A stretch of DNA of 61,723 bases, filler included. It is 6 parts of 6 records of this genome, joined end to end, with 100 filler letters (N's around TTAATTAATTAA, not from the genome) between each part and the next. Parts side by side here need not be neighbours in the genome. Positions count along the whole stretch, not along the records: positions 10,933 to 28,061 come from SRR31156797_16439; positions 28,162 to 37,487 come from SRR31156797_16440; 4 more parts are not named here. One strand, 5' to 3'. The notes below the pieces were generated by a model. That model made no database searches. It worked only from the letters and a program-made list of their open reading frames with translations, and was not told the DNA's origin. Within the stretch, counting starts at the first letter, position 1. Each line of letters opens with the position of its first letter. Made by a program: the position numbers and the translations under genes. This document shows positions 22,901 through 31,778 of this stretch, piece after piece.

Positions 22901-24048
22901 TAGCTCTTGGTGATTTAGAAGGAGATTCAGATACAAGTGTACCTTCTACAGTAACATTAACGGATTTTTACTTAGATTTAGATGAAACAAGTGATGGCTC
23001 AAATGATGATGATGACGATTCAGATGACTCAGGAGATGCAAATGCACCAACTACATTAGCGGCAACTCCTACAACAGATTCTAGTAATGTTATTTCCCTG
23101 CATACAAGTAGTGGAACTTACACAAATATTAATGTAGGAGAATGGAATCCAGGCTGGGGTCAAGCGGGAACATTAACTGACGCAACAGTGGATGGAAAAA
23201 CAGTAAAATTACTTGACCTTCAAAACTATCAAGGGATCGATTTTTCTGGAGACATTCAAGATATTACGGGTAAAACTACACTTCATATGAGTGTTTGGAC
23301 AGCAGATGGAGGAGCGTTCAATGTATTTGCTGTTAATGAAGCAGATTCAAATGGAGGAGTTTCAACAGGATCATTAACTGCTGGGGAGTGGAATGAAGTA
23401 GAAGTAACAGTAGATGTAAGTGGATCAGCAAATGATATTAAACAAATCAAATTTGATGGTGGTACAGGATCAAATTACTATTTAGATAACATATATTTCT
23501 ATGGTGATGGAAGTTCAGATAGTGACGATTCTGATAACGATGATTCATCTGATGATGATACAGGTGGAACAGTAAGTTTACCTGTTTTATACACAATAGC
23601 AGATGGAGCAGCTCATACAGATATAACAGAATCAGGTTGGGGTTCGGGATCGTCACTTGTAACTCTAAATAATACAAGTGAAGGAACATATGCTAATGTA
23701 ATGGAATGGCAAATGGGAACTGGCTGGGGAGGACCGGCAGTAGCTTGTTCTTATAACAGTTTATCAGGTTTAGACAGTTATACAACTTTTAATGCTAAAT
23801 TTAAATATACTGATACAAATGCAGCATCACCAGCAACATTCGAAGTTCAAATGGATGGAGCACCTACACAAAGTGTAACTATTTATGGAACTGATGCAAG
23901 TAATTGGACTGAATTAAGTAATGGATGGATTCAAATCTCACTTCCACTATCTAGTTTTGGTTCATTAGCTTCAGTTAATAAAATGGTATTAATTGTTAAA
24001 GATGATGCTTCAAACCCTGTATACTTTACAGATATTTATTTTGAATAA
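19969..24048 (+). CDS. Multimodular acidic lipoprotein GH16 glucanase (unknown N-domain, GH16, CBM-like and Big_2 modules)
   Basis: SD AGGAGG then ATG at 19969; lipobox TLTAC; WSDEFNG, GIWPAFWMLG, EIDIME and LNVAVGG; D/S/G-rich linkers separate the modules. Confidence 0.88.
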   Translation: MKRARISKKAKRFINSLLIIAATVTLTACRDTETSETGHTIGDGTVTFSGSLTESNESSSVLYATSGDSDSEVDQMEYISAIPTDGTTDPVVGEINDSGNFEMVLEANTSYIFKLLNEYGLPEKELNFSLTSDASVVSLTEDLNLTLTIDETDRVDISGASVASQTKDNVDADIINTGLITAIQGVLEANPSKGTITQDEDGDYVLTLNLTSSDDITQQAELTICSEADTDTEAGDLNFDETEGVKVTAITATGTVTENYTIDSDEDALNTFIAVEEIAEEVAEAPETAEAAFDDAAIETKKEEISEEREADELLPEGEWSLVWSDEFNGTSIDTSVWTYETGYGDNGWGNGEWQNYTNSSDNSYIEDGNLVIKVKVDGTAAERDGSVTSARMISRDKYEFTYGKVQARVKVPTGQGIWPAFWMLGANYESAGWPECGEIDIMEKIGGSDEKEKTAHGTVHLTGASGSGSLGGSTTISEYLSNDYHVYEVEWYEDLIIWKLDGEEYHRQDMTESNFDSFENSFFLLLNVAVGGNWPGSPDSTTVYPQEMLVDFIRVYQGGNENSEFDYSEITDTDDNGDDNTVTFQLIGSSTDYSVGAEDGSSVSMSAETYNGEEVVAIDYSSMGAWGGGYFAPSEGTAAEDLTSYSDGQIVFTVDYSELSDLTNLGVKVASGIYPDEVGGEINLLSLTPVSTDGNWNTFEVPLANFTSLGSEADYSALTTYLGFWNPNDKTGKIYLKDVYFETDSNGDSGDDDDDTGSIAITFEGGATSATMEIGDTLVIPGPVVTNSDGTTDALAPTAIEWTSSDSSVADVNVAFWMEAYGAGTATITGTYNGISSTLEVTVNGSDDGGDDDDDDNDNSDISGTGLLSYDDFTFPTNTGSTYAVENGVITYTVTELGGQWDNQILNEVSITAEGDYLAKFTASSSVDRDLLFRIDKIGCVGTSGDNIISLTSTPTEYSINVTDVSAIADGKLKIVIALGDLEGDSDTSVPSTVTLTDFYLDLDETSDGSNDDDDDSDDSGDANAPTTLAATPTTDSSNVISLHTSSGTYTNINVGEWNPGWGQAGTLTDATVDGKTVKLLDLQNYQGIDFSGDIQDITGKTTLHMSVWTADGGAFNVFAVNEADSNGGVSTGSLTAGEWNEVEVTVDVSGSANDIKQIKFDGGTGSNYYLDNIYFYGDGSSDSDDSDNDDSSDDDTGGTVSLPVLYTIADGAAHTDITESGWGSGSSLVTLNNTSEGTYANVMEWQMGTGWGGPAVACSYNSLSGLDSYTTFNAKFKYTDTNAASPATFEVQMDGAPTQSVTIYGTDASNWTELSNGWIQISLPLSSFGSLASVNKMVLIVKDDASNPVYFTDIYFE

Positions 24049-24166
24049 TTAAACAAATTAAGATTGTTTTAGTCTTCAATCTTAATAAAAAATAGAATAT
24101 CTCTCCTTTAGAATAAGTGGTGGATATAAAGCTTACATAAGTTTTAGACACTTGTTCGAAATTATG

Positions 24167-24197
24167 AAAATGACCTCTTAATTAAGGGGTCATTTTT
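24167..24197 (+). terminator. Intrinsic terminator
   Basis: AAAATGACCTCTT-AATT-AAGGGGTCATTTTT. Confidence 0.75.
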
Positions 24198-24471
24198 GCT
24201 ATTTTAGCAAAAAAATAAAAAAAGTATCTGTATTTTGTATTTGATGGTTAAAATATATAAATTCCAAAAAAATGACACTAAATCCAAAAAAAGACTCCTG
24301 TATTAATTTATATAAAAAAAGTATCATGTAATAGTTGGAGGTTTTAAATAAAACGTTATTTACAAAAAGAGGACAAAATGCTTAAAAGTCAGGCGTAAGT
24401 ACTTAAAGTTGATGTGGTTGGTAATATTGGCACAATTTTTTACTAAGTTATTTTGAAAGGAGCTATAAGCT

Positions 24472-27400
24472 ATGAAAAAAAAGAAAATACTGGGAATTCT
24501 ATTACTAGCAGCTTTGAGCCTAGGATTAAATGGATGTTTTGAGGATAATAGTAGCAGTTCAAAATCAGCTGAGAGTGTTGTCGAAGATAGTAGTATAATG
24601 TTTTCTGGTGAATTAGTTGAGAGTAATGTTAATTCAAATGTTTCAGCAGATACTGTAGAAGCAGATGATGAAAGTGAAATTGAAAAAATGCAATATATTG
24701 CTGCAATACCAACAAATGGTAGTAATCCAGTTGTTGTAGAAATAGATGAGAACGCATCATTCGAGTTGCCACTTGATGATGACCTTTACTATTTATTCAA
24801 ATTGTTAGATGAATATGGTCTTCCCGAAAAAGAGTTAAACTTTAGTATAAGTGGAGATTCAGCTATTGCAAATATTCAGGATGATTTAGATTTAACAATA
24901 ACAATTGATGAATCAGAAAGAGTAGATATAGAAAACTCAAGTATTGTTACTAATTCGAAAGATACTGTTAACGCTGATATTGTTGGAGCAGGATTAATAA
25001 CTACTGTAAAAACTATCCTTAATGATAATCCTGAAAAGGGAACTTATACAGAGAATGAAAATGGAGATATAACTTTAACATTAAAACTTGCAGGATCTGA
25101 CTCTGTTGAGCAAGAAATGGAATTTACAATTTTATCCGCAAGTGATGAGAATACAGAAACAGGAGATTTAAATTTTGATGAAGAAGCAGGAATTGAATTA
25201 ACGACAATAATTGAAGGTGGAGAACCAACAATATATAAATACGATATAGAATCAAATGATGACGCTTTTTCAACAGTTCTAGCTATTGATGAAGTAGCAG
25301 AAGATGTTGCAGGTGACCATTCTTTAGCGCAGGAATCATATAAGGATTCAGCAATTGAAGACAAAGTGTCGCAAATAACTGATGAGAGAGCTGTTGAGGA
25401 AAACACAGGTAATGATGATAATGATCAAAATTTAGATCAAGACTCAGATGATGATTGGACACCAGGAGATGGATGGGAGTTATCTTGGGGAGATGAATTT
25501 AGTGGAAGTACTTTAGATGATGCTAATTGGACACATCAAATTGAAGCTGCAAGGAGATTTAATAATGAACTTCAGGCATATACAGATAGCATAGAGAATA
25601 GTTATGTTCAAGATGGAAGCATGGTAATTGAAGCTAAAAAAGATGGTGATTCGTATACTTCCGCAAGGATGATTACTCACGGGAAAGTAAGTACTCAATA
25701 TGGAAAAGTAGCTGCAAGAATTAAAGTTCCATATGGTCAAGGAGTATGGCCTGCATTCTGGATGTTAGGTTCAAATATAGATGAAAATGACGGTGGAACA
25801 GTTGCATGGCCATATTGTGGAGAGATTGACATTTTAGAGAAAAAAGGTGGAACCGAGGTAGAAGAAAAAACATTAATGGGGACTATCCATTACTGGAAAG
25901 ATAGTGGTAATTACAAAACTCATGAAGGTGGATCTATCCAAATGGATGAAGAGTTAAAAGATGATTATCATGTTTATGAAGTTGAGTGGAGTGATGATTT
26001 AATAATTTGGAAAATTGACGGAGAACAATATCATGCAATAGATACTAGCAGTTCTGATTATGATGAATTTGATGAAGATTTTTATATATTACTTAATTTA
26101 GCAATAGGTGGAGATTTTGATGGAGCTCCAGATGAAAATACTATCTTCCCTCAAAAAATGTTGGTTGATTGGGTAAGAATATATGAAGGCGGAGAAGTTG
26201 TAGATACTGGAAATATAGAAGGAAATGGTACTGATGGAGAAATTGAATTTGATGGTGATATATGGACACTTTGGTCAGAAGGAAGAACAACAGCTACGAT
26301 AGAAGATGGAATGGCTAAACTGGAAACAACAGATTTAGGAGATGTATGGTGGAAAACTCAATTTTATCAGGAAATAGATTTTACAAATAAAGAAGAGGGT
26401 TCATATCAATTATCATTTGATGTAAAAGCAGAGGACGCAACAGATATGGTAGTCCAGTTTAATTGCTTACTTATGGCAACAACTTTGCCTGTTGATTCTG
26501 AATTCTACGATGGGCTAGATTCTCAAATAAGATATGATGTTTCGACAGAAATGGTAACTATAACACAAAATGTTGAATTATTTGGATTTGATCCGGGTGC
26601 AACTTTGAAACTTAACTTTGGATTTGGAAATGTAAGTGATTCATCAGTGCCTACTACTGTTTATCTTGATAATGTGTCATTAACAAAATTAGGAGCAGAT
26701 GGAACACCAGACACTGATAACGATAATGATGATTCAGACGATACAGATAGTCCTTTATCTATAATATTTGTAGGAGGATCAACATCTGCTGAAATGAATG
26801 TAGGAGATGTTAAAGAATTACCGGCTCCGTCAATGACGTACAGTGACGGAACATTTGAGTCAATTGCACCACCGTTTATTAAATGGACTTCAAGTGATTC
26901 GTCAGTAGCTGATTTAAATCAAGCTTTCTGGCTAGAAGCTTATGGAGCAGGAACTGCAATAATTACAGGAACATATGCTGATGCGGACGGTAATACATAT
27001 GCTGATACATTAGAAGTAACAGTAACAGGTGATGAGGAAAGTTCAGATGACAGTGAGGATTCTAACGATTCAGGAGATACTGAAGATTCAGACGACTCGG
27101 GAGTTCCTGTAAGCGGAACGCTATACTCAGTGACAGACGGAGCAATTTACACAGATGTATCAGAACCATCTTGGGGTCCGGGTTCATCACTAGTGGCTTT
27201 AAATAAGACAGATGAAGGAACTTATTCGAATGTTATGGAGTGGTCAATGGGGACAGAATGGGGAGGAGCAGTAGCTTGTGGTTTTAATAATCTTTCAGGA
27301 CTAGGCAGTTATACAACTTTAAATGTAAAATTTAAATATACGGATACAGAAGCAGCGTCACCAGGAACATTTGAAGTACAAATGACAGGTGCTCCAACTG

Positions 27401-27582
27401 TATCAGTAACGATTTATGATACAGATACAGGTAATTGGACAGATTTAAGCAATGGCTGGGTACAAGTTTCTATACCGCTTTCAAGATTTGGCTCGTTAAC
27501 AGGAGTTGAACAAATGGTATTCATAGTTAAAGATCCAGATACTTCAAATCCAGTGTATTTCACAGATATCAATTTTGAATAA
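24472..27582 (+). CDS. Paralogous multimodular acidic lipoprotein GH16 glucanase
   Basis: Lipobox LNGC; WGDEFSG, GVWPAFWMLG and EIDILE; shares the N-domain, Big_2 and C-terminal module with 19969..24048. Confidence 0.88.
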   Translation: MKKKKILGILLLAALSLGLNGCFEDNSSSSKSAESVVEDSSIMFSGELVESNVNSNVSADTVEADDESEIEKMQYIAAIPTNGSNPVVVEIDENASFELPLDDDLYYLFKLLDEYGLPEKELNFSISGDSAIANIQDDLDLTITIDESERVDIENSSIVTNSKDTVNADIVGAGLITTVKTILNDNPEKGTYTENENGDITLTLKLAGSDSVEQEMEFTILSASDENTETGDLNFDEEAGIELTTIIEGGEPTIYKYDIESNDDAFSTVLAIDEVAEDVAGDHSLAQESYKDSAIEDKVSQITDERAVEENTGNDDNDQNLDQDSDDDWTPGDGWELSWGDEFSGSTLDDANWTHQIEAARRFNNELQAYTDSIENSYVQDGSMVIEAKKDGDSYTSARMITHGKVSTQYGKVAARIKVPYGQGVWPAFWMLGSNIDENDGGTVAWPYCGEIDILEKKGGTEVEEKTLMGTIHYWKDSGNYKTHEGGSIQMDEELKDDYHVYEVEWSDDLIIWKIDGEQYHAIDTSSSDYDEFDEDFYILLNLAIGGDFDGAPDENTIFPQKMLVDWVRIYEGGEVVDTGNIEGNGTDGEIEFDGDIWTLWSEGRTTATIEDGMAKLETTDLGDVWWKTQFYQEIDFTNKEEGSYQLSFDVKAEDATDMVVQFNCLLMATTLPVDSEFYDGLDSQIRYDVSTEMVTITQNVELFGFDPGATLKLNFGFGNVSDSSVPTTVYLDNVSLTKLGADGTPDTDNDNDDSDDTDSPLSIIFVGGSTSAEMNVGDVKELPAPSMTYSDGTFESIAPPFIKWTSSDSSVADLNQAFWLEAYGAGTAIITGTYADADGNTYADTLEVTVTGDEESSDDSEDSNDSGDTEDSDDSGVPVSGTLYSVTDGAIYTDVSEPSWGPGSSLVALNKTDEGTYSNVMEWSMGTEWGGAVACGFNNLSGLGSYTTLNVKFKYTDTEAASPGTFEVQMTGAPTVSVTIYDTDTGNWTDLSNGWVQVSIPLSRFGSLTGVEQMVFIVKDPDTSNPVYFTDINFE

Positions 27583-27658
27583 CTTGCAAGTAAAAATAAA
27601 TAATTTGAGATTGTTTTAGTCTTCAATCTTAAGAAAAATTAACATCTCCCTTTTAACT

Positions 27659-27693
27659 AATGGATTGCCGATAATTTTGGCAGTCCATTTTTT
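27659..27693 (+). terminator. Intrinsic terminator
   Basis: AATGGATTGCC/GGCAGTCCATT stem followed by a T-tract. Confidence 0.75.
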
Positions 27694-27721
27694 ATTTTAA
27701 CTGAACTTGATTTTTTAGACA

Positions 27722-27947
27722 TAAAAAAATATAGGAGAAGCTCTTGTCTTAACAAAAGCTTCTCCTATATTTGAAAAAAATCTTTTAACCGCATAATGAA
27801 AGAAAAGAGTTTGGGGGGGATTACACTTAAATCTAATTTTTTGAAAGAGTACTCTTTTCCTTCATCATATGGTTAATATTAGTGATGGTCTGTTTGGTAA
27901 AAAAACATTTAATGAACTTAATCGAATCAATAGTTTTAATACGATAC
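27722..27947 (-). ncRNA. Candidate small RNA (~225 nt) with a long hairpin and C-rich loop
   Basis: Minus-strand TATAAT at 27954-27959; 26-bp imperfect stem (27785-27810 / 27851-27876); terminator at 27723-27772; no credible ORF. Confidence 0.45.
27723..27772 (-). terminator. Strong intrinsic terminator, U-tract on the minus strand
   Basis: AAATATAGGAGAAGCT...AGCTTCTCCTATATTT with a flanking A-run. Confidence 0.7.
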
Positions 27948-28061
27948 AAATACATTATACACTAAAAAGAATAAAAGTTAAATCATATCACAATAAGAGA
28001 CACTAAAACAATAAATTGATGCCTAGTTTTGTAGTTATATAAATTTTAGTTTCTTTTTGAT

Positions 28062-28161
28062 NNNNNNNNNNNNNNNNNNNNNNNNNNNNNNNNNNNNNNN
28101 NNNNNTTAATTAATTAANNNNNNNNNNNNNNNNNNNNNNNNNNNNNNNNNNNNNNNNNNNN
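28062..28161. other. Artificial contig linker
   Basis: N44-TTAATTAATTAA-N44; GC content jumps across it. Confidence 0.98.
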
Positions 28162-28683
28162 ATAGGCTGCGGTTACGGGTGCCTGACAAGTGAGCTATAC
28201 GCTCAAGGATATACCAATACGGTGGGCCTGGATTTTTCAGAAAACATGATTGAAGAGGGGCTGCGGCTTCACCCGGAATGCGACCTTAGGATATGGAAGG
28301 AAGAAGCTCTTCCTTTTCCTGATGGAAGCGTTGATGCAGTGATTCTGTTTGCTGTTTTGACCTGCATTCTGGAAGACTTTAAGCAGGATAAACTGATTGA
28401 AGAAATAAAAAGGGTTCTCAAGTTCGACGGCGTGCTTTACCTGAGCGACTATTATTTACAGGCTGATGAAAGGAACCTCGATCGTTATCGCTCATTTGAA
28501 AACAAATACGGGCAATACGGGATTTTTGAAACTTCGGACGGGGCTGTTGTCAGACATTTTTCCAAGGACAGGATAGCCGCGCTAATTACCGATTTTAAAC
28601 TACTACAAAAGGCTACAATGGAAGTAGAGACGATGAACGGCAACCGGGCCGATATCTTTCAAATGCTTCTAAAGCCCGAATAA
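28162..28683 (+). CDS. Class I SAM-dependent methyltransferase, 5'-truncated
   Basis: Frame is open from the contig start: IGCGYG (motif I), GLDFSENMI, LPFPDGSVDAV and RVLK.DG. Confidence 0.85.
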   Translation: MGCGYGCLTSELYAQGYTNTVGLDFSENMIEEGLRLHPECDLRIWKEEALPFPDGSVDAVILFAVLTCILEDFKQDKLIEEIKRVLKFDGVLYLSDYYLQADERNLDRYRSFENKYGQYGIFETSDGAVVRHFSKDRIAALITDFKLLQKATMEVETMNGNRADIFQMLLKPE

Positions 28684-28781
28684 TGGAAGTCGCCGCGCCA
28701 GACGCCCTGGCGCCGGAACAGCGGCCTGGTATGTTATTATTTAAGCGTGACCTTAAAACCGGCGCCGGAGTCCGATTTCGA

Positions 28782-29306
28782 TCAGGCGCCGTCCAAAGAA
28801 GACCTTTCCAGGGAAGCAAAATATGATTCGGGATCCGTAAAAAAAGTTTCCGCCTTTCTAAGGGCCAGTAAATGCTCCCGCTCTATTCCGGCCAGAAGCT
28901 TGAAGAAATCCTTTACATCGGGTTCATCCGAATCATCGGAAAGCTTTTCATAAAAAGCCACTCCCTTGGATTCAAAATCTATGGCTGTTTTTATGGCCGA
29001 GAAATCGTCGTCGTCAGCCTTGGGCATATCCCTTACTTCCTGAATGGCCGATTCCAGAATGGTTTTTATTTCCGTGTCCTTGACAACCGGAGGAACGGTT
29101 TCCGTCCATTTGCCTGTTTTGGAAAGCTTTTGATGAATATCCTTGAGTCTTTCGTAATGGTCCAGTTCATCTTCAGCCAGCCTGATGAAAACCGCCCTGC
29201 CCAACGGATTGATGGTCCTTTCGGCATTTTGTAAATAAAATTGCCTTTCTTTCATCTCATTGTCCAAAGCGACCTCAAGTGCATTCAAGCGATTCTGTTC
29301 AGCCAT
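28782..29306 (-). CDS. Rubrerythrin/ferritin-like diiron protein
   Basis: Duplicated A...E....FY ... LA..E..H motifs (EDELDH, IEREH). Confidence 0.85.
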   Translation of the reverse strand: MAEQNRLNALEVALDNEMKERQFYLQNAERTINPLGRAVFIRLAEDELDHYERLKDIHQKLSKTGKWTETVPPVVKDTEIKTILESAIQEVRDMPKADDDDFSAIKTAIDFESKGVAFYEKLSDDSDEPDVKDFFKLLAGIEREHLLALRKAETFFTDPESYFASLERSSLDGA

Positions 29307-29640
29307 ATTGCCATCCTTTCCAAAATTATTTTATTATTTCCGGTTAATGGTCAGATTAATTTCTAGGGCCGAGACTCATATGGAAAGCACTTTTGTAGTC
29401 CGGGCGTCAATTCATGGCAACTAAGAAAATCCCCGCCTTCTCAGGTAATTATACACCATGGCGGAATGGTTTCAATGCTTGCCGCCGGCCCGAAAATGTT
29501 CGTTTTTCTTAACTCCAGGTCGGGCCGGGGCGATAGACGCCTCTTCAGCAAAGGCGTCAATTCCGTATTATCGTCATGTTCCTTTCAAATTTGAATGAGC
29601 GACGTCCCGCATCATACGATTTCGACATCCGCATTCAGCC

Positions 29641-30993
29641 TTATACCTTTTCCGGGCCGGCCAGTTTGAGCGGGCGGTTGGCGCTAAGAAAAGCAAAGGC
29701 AATAAAGAAAGTAACCAACTCCGCTATTGGAATTGCTGCATATATGCCTGTGTCACCCATAAAATTCGGAAGCACGGCCAGCAGGCAGACAGGCAGGATG
29801 AGGCTGCGTGAAAGCGACACCACCGCCGACGGCAATGGCTTTTGCATGGAAGTAAGGTAAGATGAAATTACAATATTGATTCCGTTAAATATGAATGCCG
29901 GCCAGAATACGGTCGAGAATTCCACGGCGATTTCCAGGGCCCTTGTTTCACCTTCCTTTAAGAAAAAATCGATAAGAAATTCAGGCGCCATAAGAAGGAG
30001 TCCAATAAGGATAAACCCGATAGTAACAACCGAACCGGATGCTATGGTAACGAAGGACTTGATCCTTTTTGCATTACAGGCGCCGAAATTCGTGCTGACC
30101 AGGGGTTGAAGGGAATCCGCTATTCCATAGCTGAACATCAAGCCCAGGAACAATATGTAATGAATGATGGTGAACGCGGCCACGCCGTCCACTCCCAACC
30201 GGGCTATCATAATCCGGTTGAATATCAGCGTGACGATGCCTCCGGACATTTCACTGGCAAATTCAGATACACCGTTATAGGCGGCCATCCCGACTTCCCG
30301 CCAGGAGCCCATTTGCCGGGTTAATTTCAGCCGGGAGCCATTGCTGAAAAAATGAGACCCCAACAACATGAAGCCTATAGTATGAGATATGCCCGTGGCC
30401 AGGGCCGCGCCCTTAATTCCCATATCAAGATGAACAATGAACAGCCAGTCCAGAATAATGTTAAAAACAGCGCTCGAAATCATTACTCCCGAAGCGAATA
30501 CCGGCCTGCCGTCCAATCGCACGAAATAAGACAGGCATGTGTCGCCTATAAAAAAGACGCTGAATATAAATATGACGACCAGATATTCGCCCGTGGGGCC
30601 GGCCAACTCTTCATTCGCTCCTAGCGCGGCCAGCACCAGGTCCTTGAACAAAATACCGAACAGGGTGATCAGAAGACAGAAAACGATTATGGTAACAATG
30701 GTCTTGGTAAATATGGCGTCGGCGGCTTTTTTATTGCCTTCTCCGATATACTTGCCGCACATAACGGATCCGCCCACGGAAAGCATTATGCCGATTCCGA
30801 AAAGGAGGGCGAGAACGGGCATGACCAGGGTGACCGAGGCCAATGCCTTTGATCCGACATAGTTGCCTAAAAATATTCCGTCGACTATTCCTGCGGAAGA
30901 CAGGGCGACCATTCCCAAAACCCAGGGCAGGGTATAATAGAAAAAAACGGGAACAGTCTTCCCGTGTAAAATATCCAGGTTTACGTTTTTCAT
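29641..30993 (-). CDS. MATE family efflux transporter (MepA-like)
   Basis: IVDGIFLGNYVG, NIILDWLF..GIKGAALAT and QPLVSTNFGA; about 12 TM. Confidence 0.9.
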   Translation of the reverse strand: MKNVNLDILHGKTVPVFFYYTLPWVLGMVALSSAGIVDGIFLGNYVGSKALASVTLVMPVLALLFGIGIMLSVGGSVMCGKYIGEGNKKAADAIFTKTIVTIIVFCLLITLFGILFKDLVLAALGANEELAGPTGEYLVVIFIFSVFFIGDTCLSYFVRLDGRPVFASGVMISSAVFNIILDWLFIVHLDMGIKGAALATGISHTIGFMLLGSHFFSNGSRLKLTRQMGSWREVGMAAYNGVSEFASEMSGGIVTLIFNRIMIARLGVDGVAAFTIIHYILFLGLMFSYGIADSLQPLVSTNFGACNAKRIKSFVTIASGSVVTIGFILIGLLLMAPEFLIDFFLKEGETRALEIAVEFSTVFWPAFIFNGINIVISSYLTSMQKPLPSAVVSLSRSLILPVCLLAVLPNFMGDTGIYAAIPIAELVTFFIAFAFLSANRPLKLAGPEKV

Positions 30994-31013
30994 TGTTGTT
31001 ACTTTCTTAATAT

Positions 31014-31553
31014 TTATGACAGGCCTTTGAGGAAAGTTCTGACAACCAGTTCCGGCGCCGAATTCGGGGCTATGTCGCCGTCATGAATGCTGTTCCAGGT
31101 AGTGAATATCATTGCTTCCAAAATCGAGGCCGCCCAGGCAGTGGGCGCATCGGGAGCGATCACGCCTTCGCTTTTCAGTTTTTCAACCAGCTTTTTCCAG
31201 TCCTGCATTTGACGTTGATAAACTCCATCGATTATCGGATCGCCCGTATGAAACGGCTCGTAGTTCAAAAAATGAAATCCGTCGCCAATGGGAATCAAGG
31301 CGGCGACAATAAGTTTCAGCGTCTCAAGGGCATCCAGGTCCTTTTCCAGAATCGGCCGGACCGCGGCTTCATATCTTCGTTCAGCCTCGAGGTTAAGCTC
31401 CCTCATAAGCTCTTTTCTCGACCTGAAATGCCTGAACAGCGTAGCCCGGCCGACCTGTGCTGCTTCGGCAATGTCATCCATTGAAGCCCTGGGTTTTTTG
31501 GCCAGAACGGTCAAGGCCGCTTGAATCAATCGTTTTTTAGTGTTGGCGCTCAC
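31014..31553 (-). CDS. TetR/AcrR family regulator
   Basis: ASMDDIAEAAQVGRATLFRHF HTH; directly upstream of the MATE gene. Confidence 0.9.
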   Translation of the reverse strand: MSANTKKRLIQAALTVLAKKPRASMDDIAEAAQVGRATLFRHFRSRKELMRELNLEAERRYEAAVRPILEKDLDALETLKLIVAALIPIGDGFHFLNYEPFHTGDPIIDGVYQRQMQDWKKLVEKLKSEGVIAPDAPTAWAASILEAMIFTTWNSIHDGDIAPNSAPELVVRTFLKGLS

Positions 31554-31563
31554 ATTTCACCGC

Positions 31564-31611
31564 CAGTATCATTTGAGACATTATAGTATCACTTGATACT
31601 GCACCTGTCAA
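31564..31611 (-). promoter_or_regulatory. tetR-MATE promoter with overlapping inverted repeats (putative TetR operator)
   Basis: Minus-strand TTGACA (31606-31611)-N17-TACTAT; palindrome AGTATCA-CT-TGATACT (31585-31600) and a variant AGTATCA-TT-TGAGACA. Confidence 0.6.
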
Positions 31612-31778
31612 GCCGCAAGCCTCCGGCAAAACCAAAAATAGTGACAATTATTTGGAAATCGGATAAGTTGAAAGCAGGCGTCTAAATGAAGGACTTCTGG
31701 AATCAGGACAAAGATTATTCTGAATTTTTCAAGTAATAATATTAAAATAGCGCGCAATCCCATCAACAGGAGGAAGTC

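Noticed and set aside
22200-27100. GAT/GAC-rich quasi-repeats in the GH16 genes
   Set aside because: These are Asp/Ser/Gly inter-domain linkers, not a CRISPR array or VNTR.
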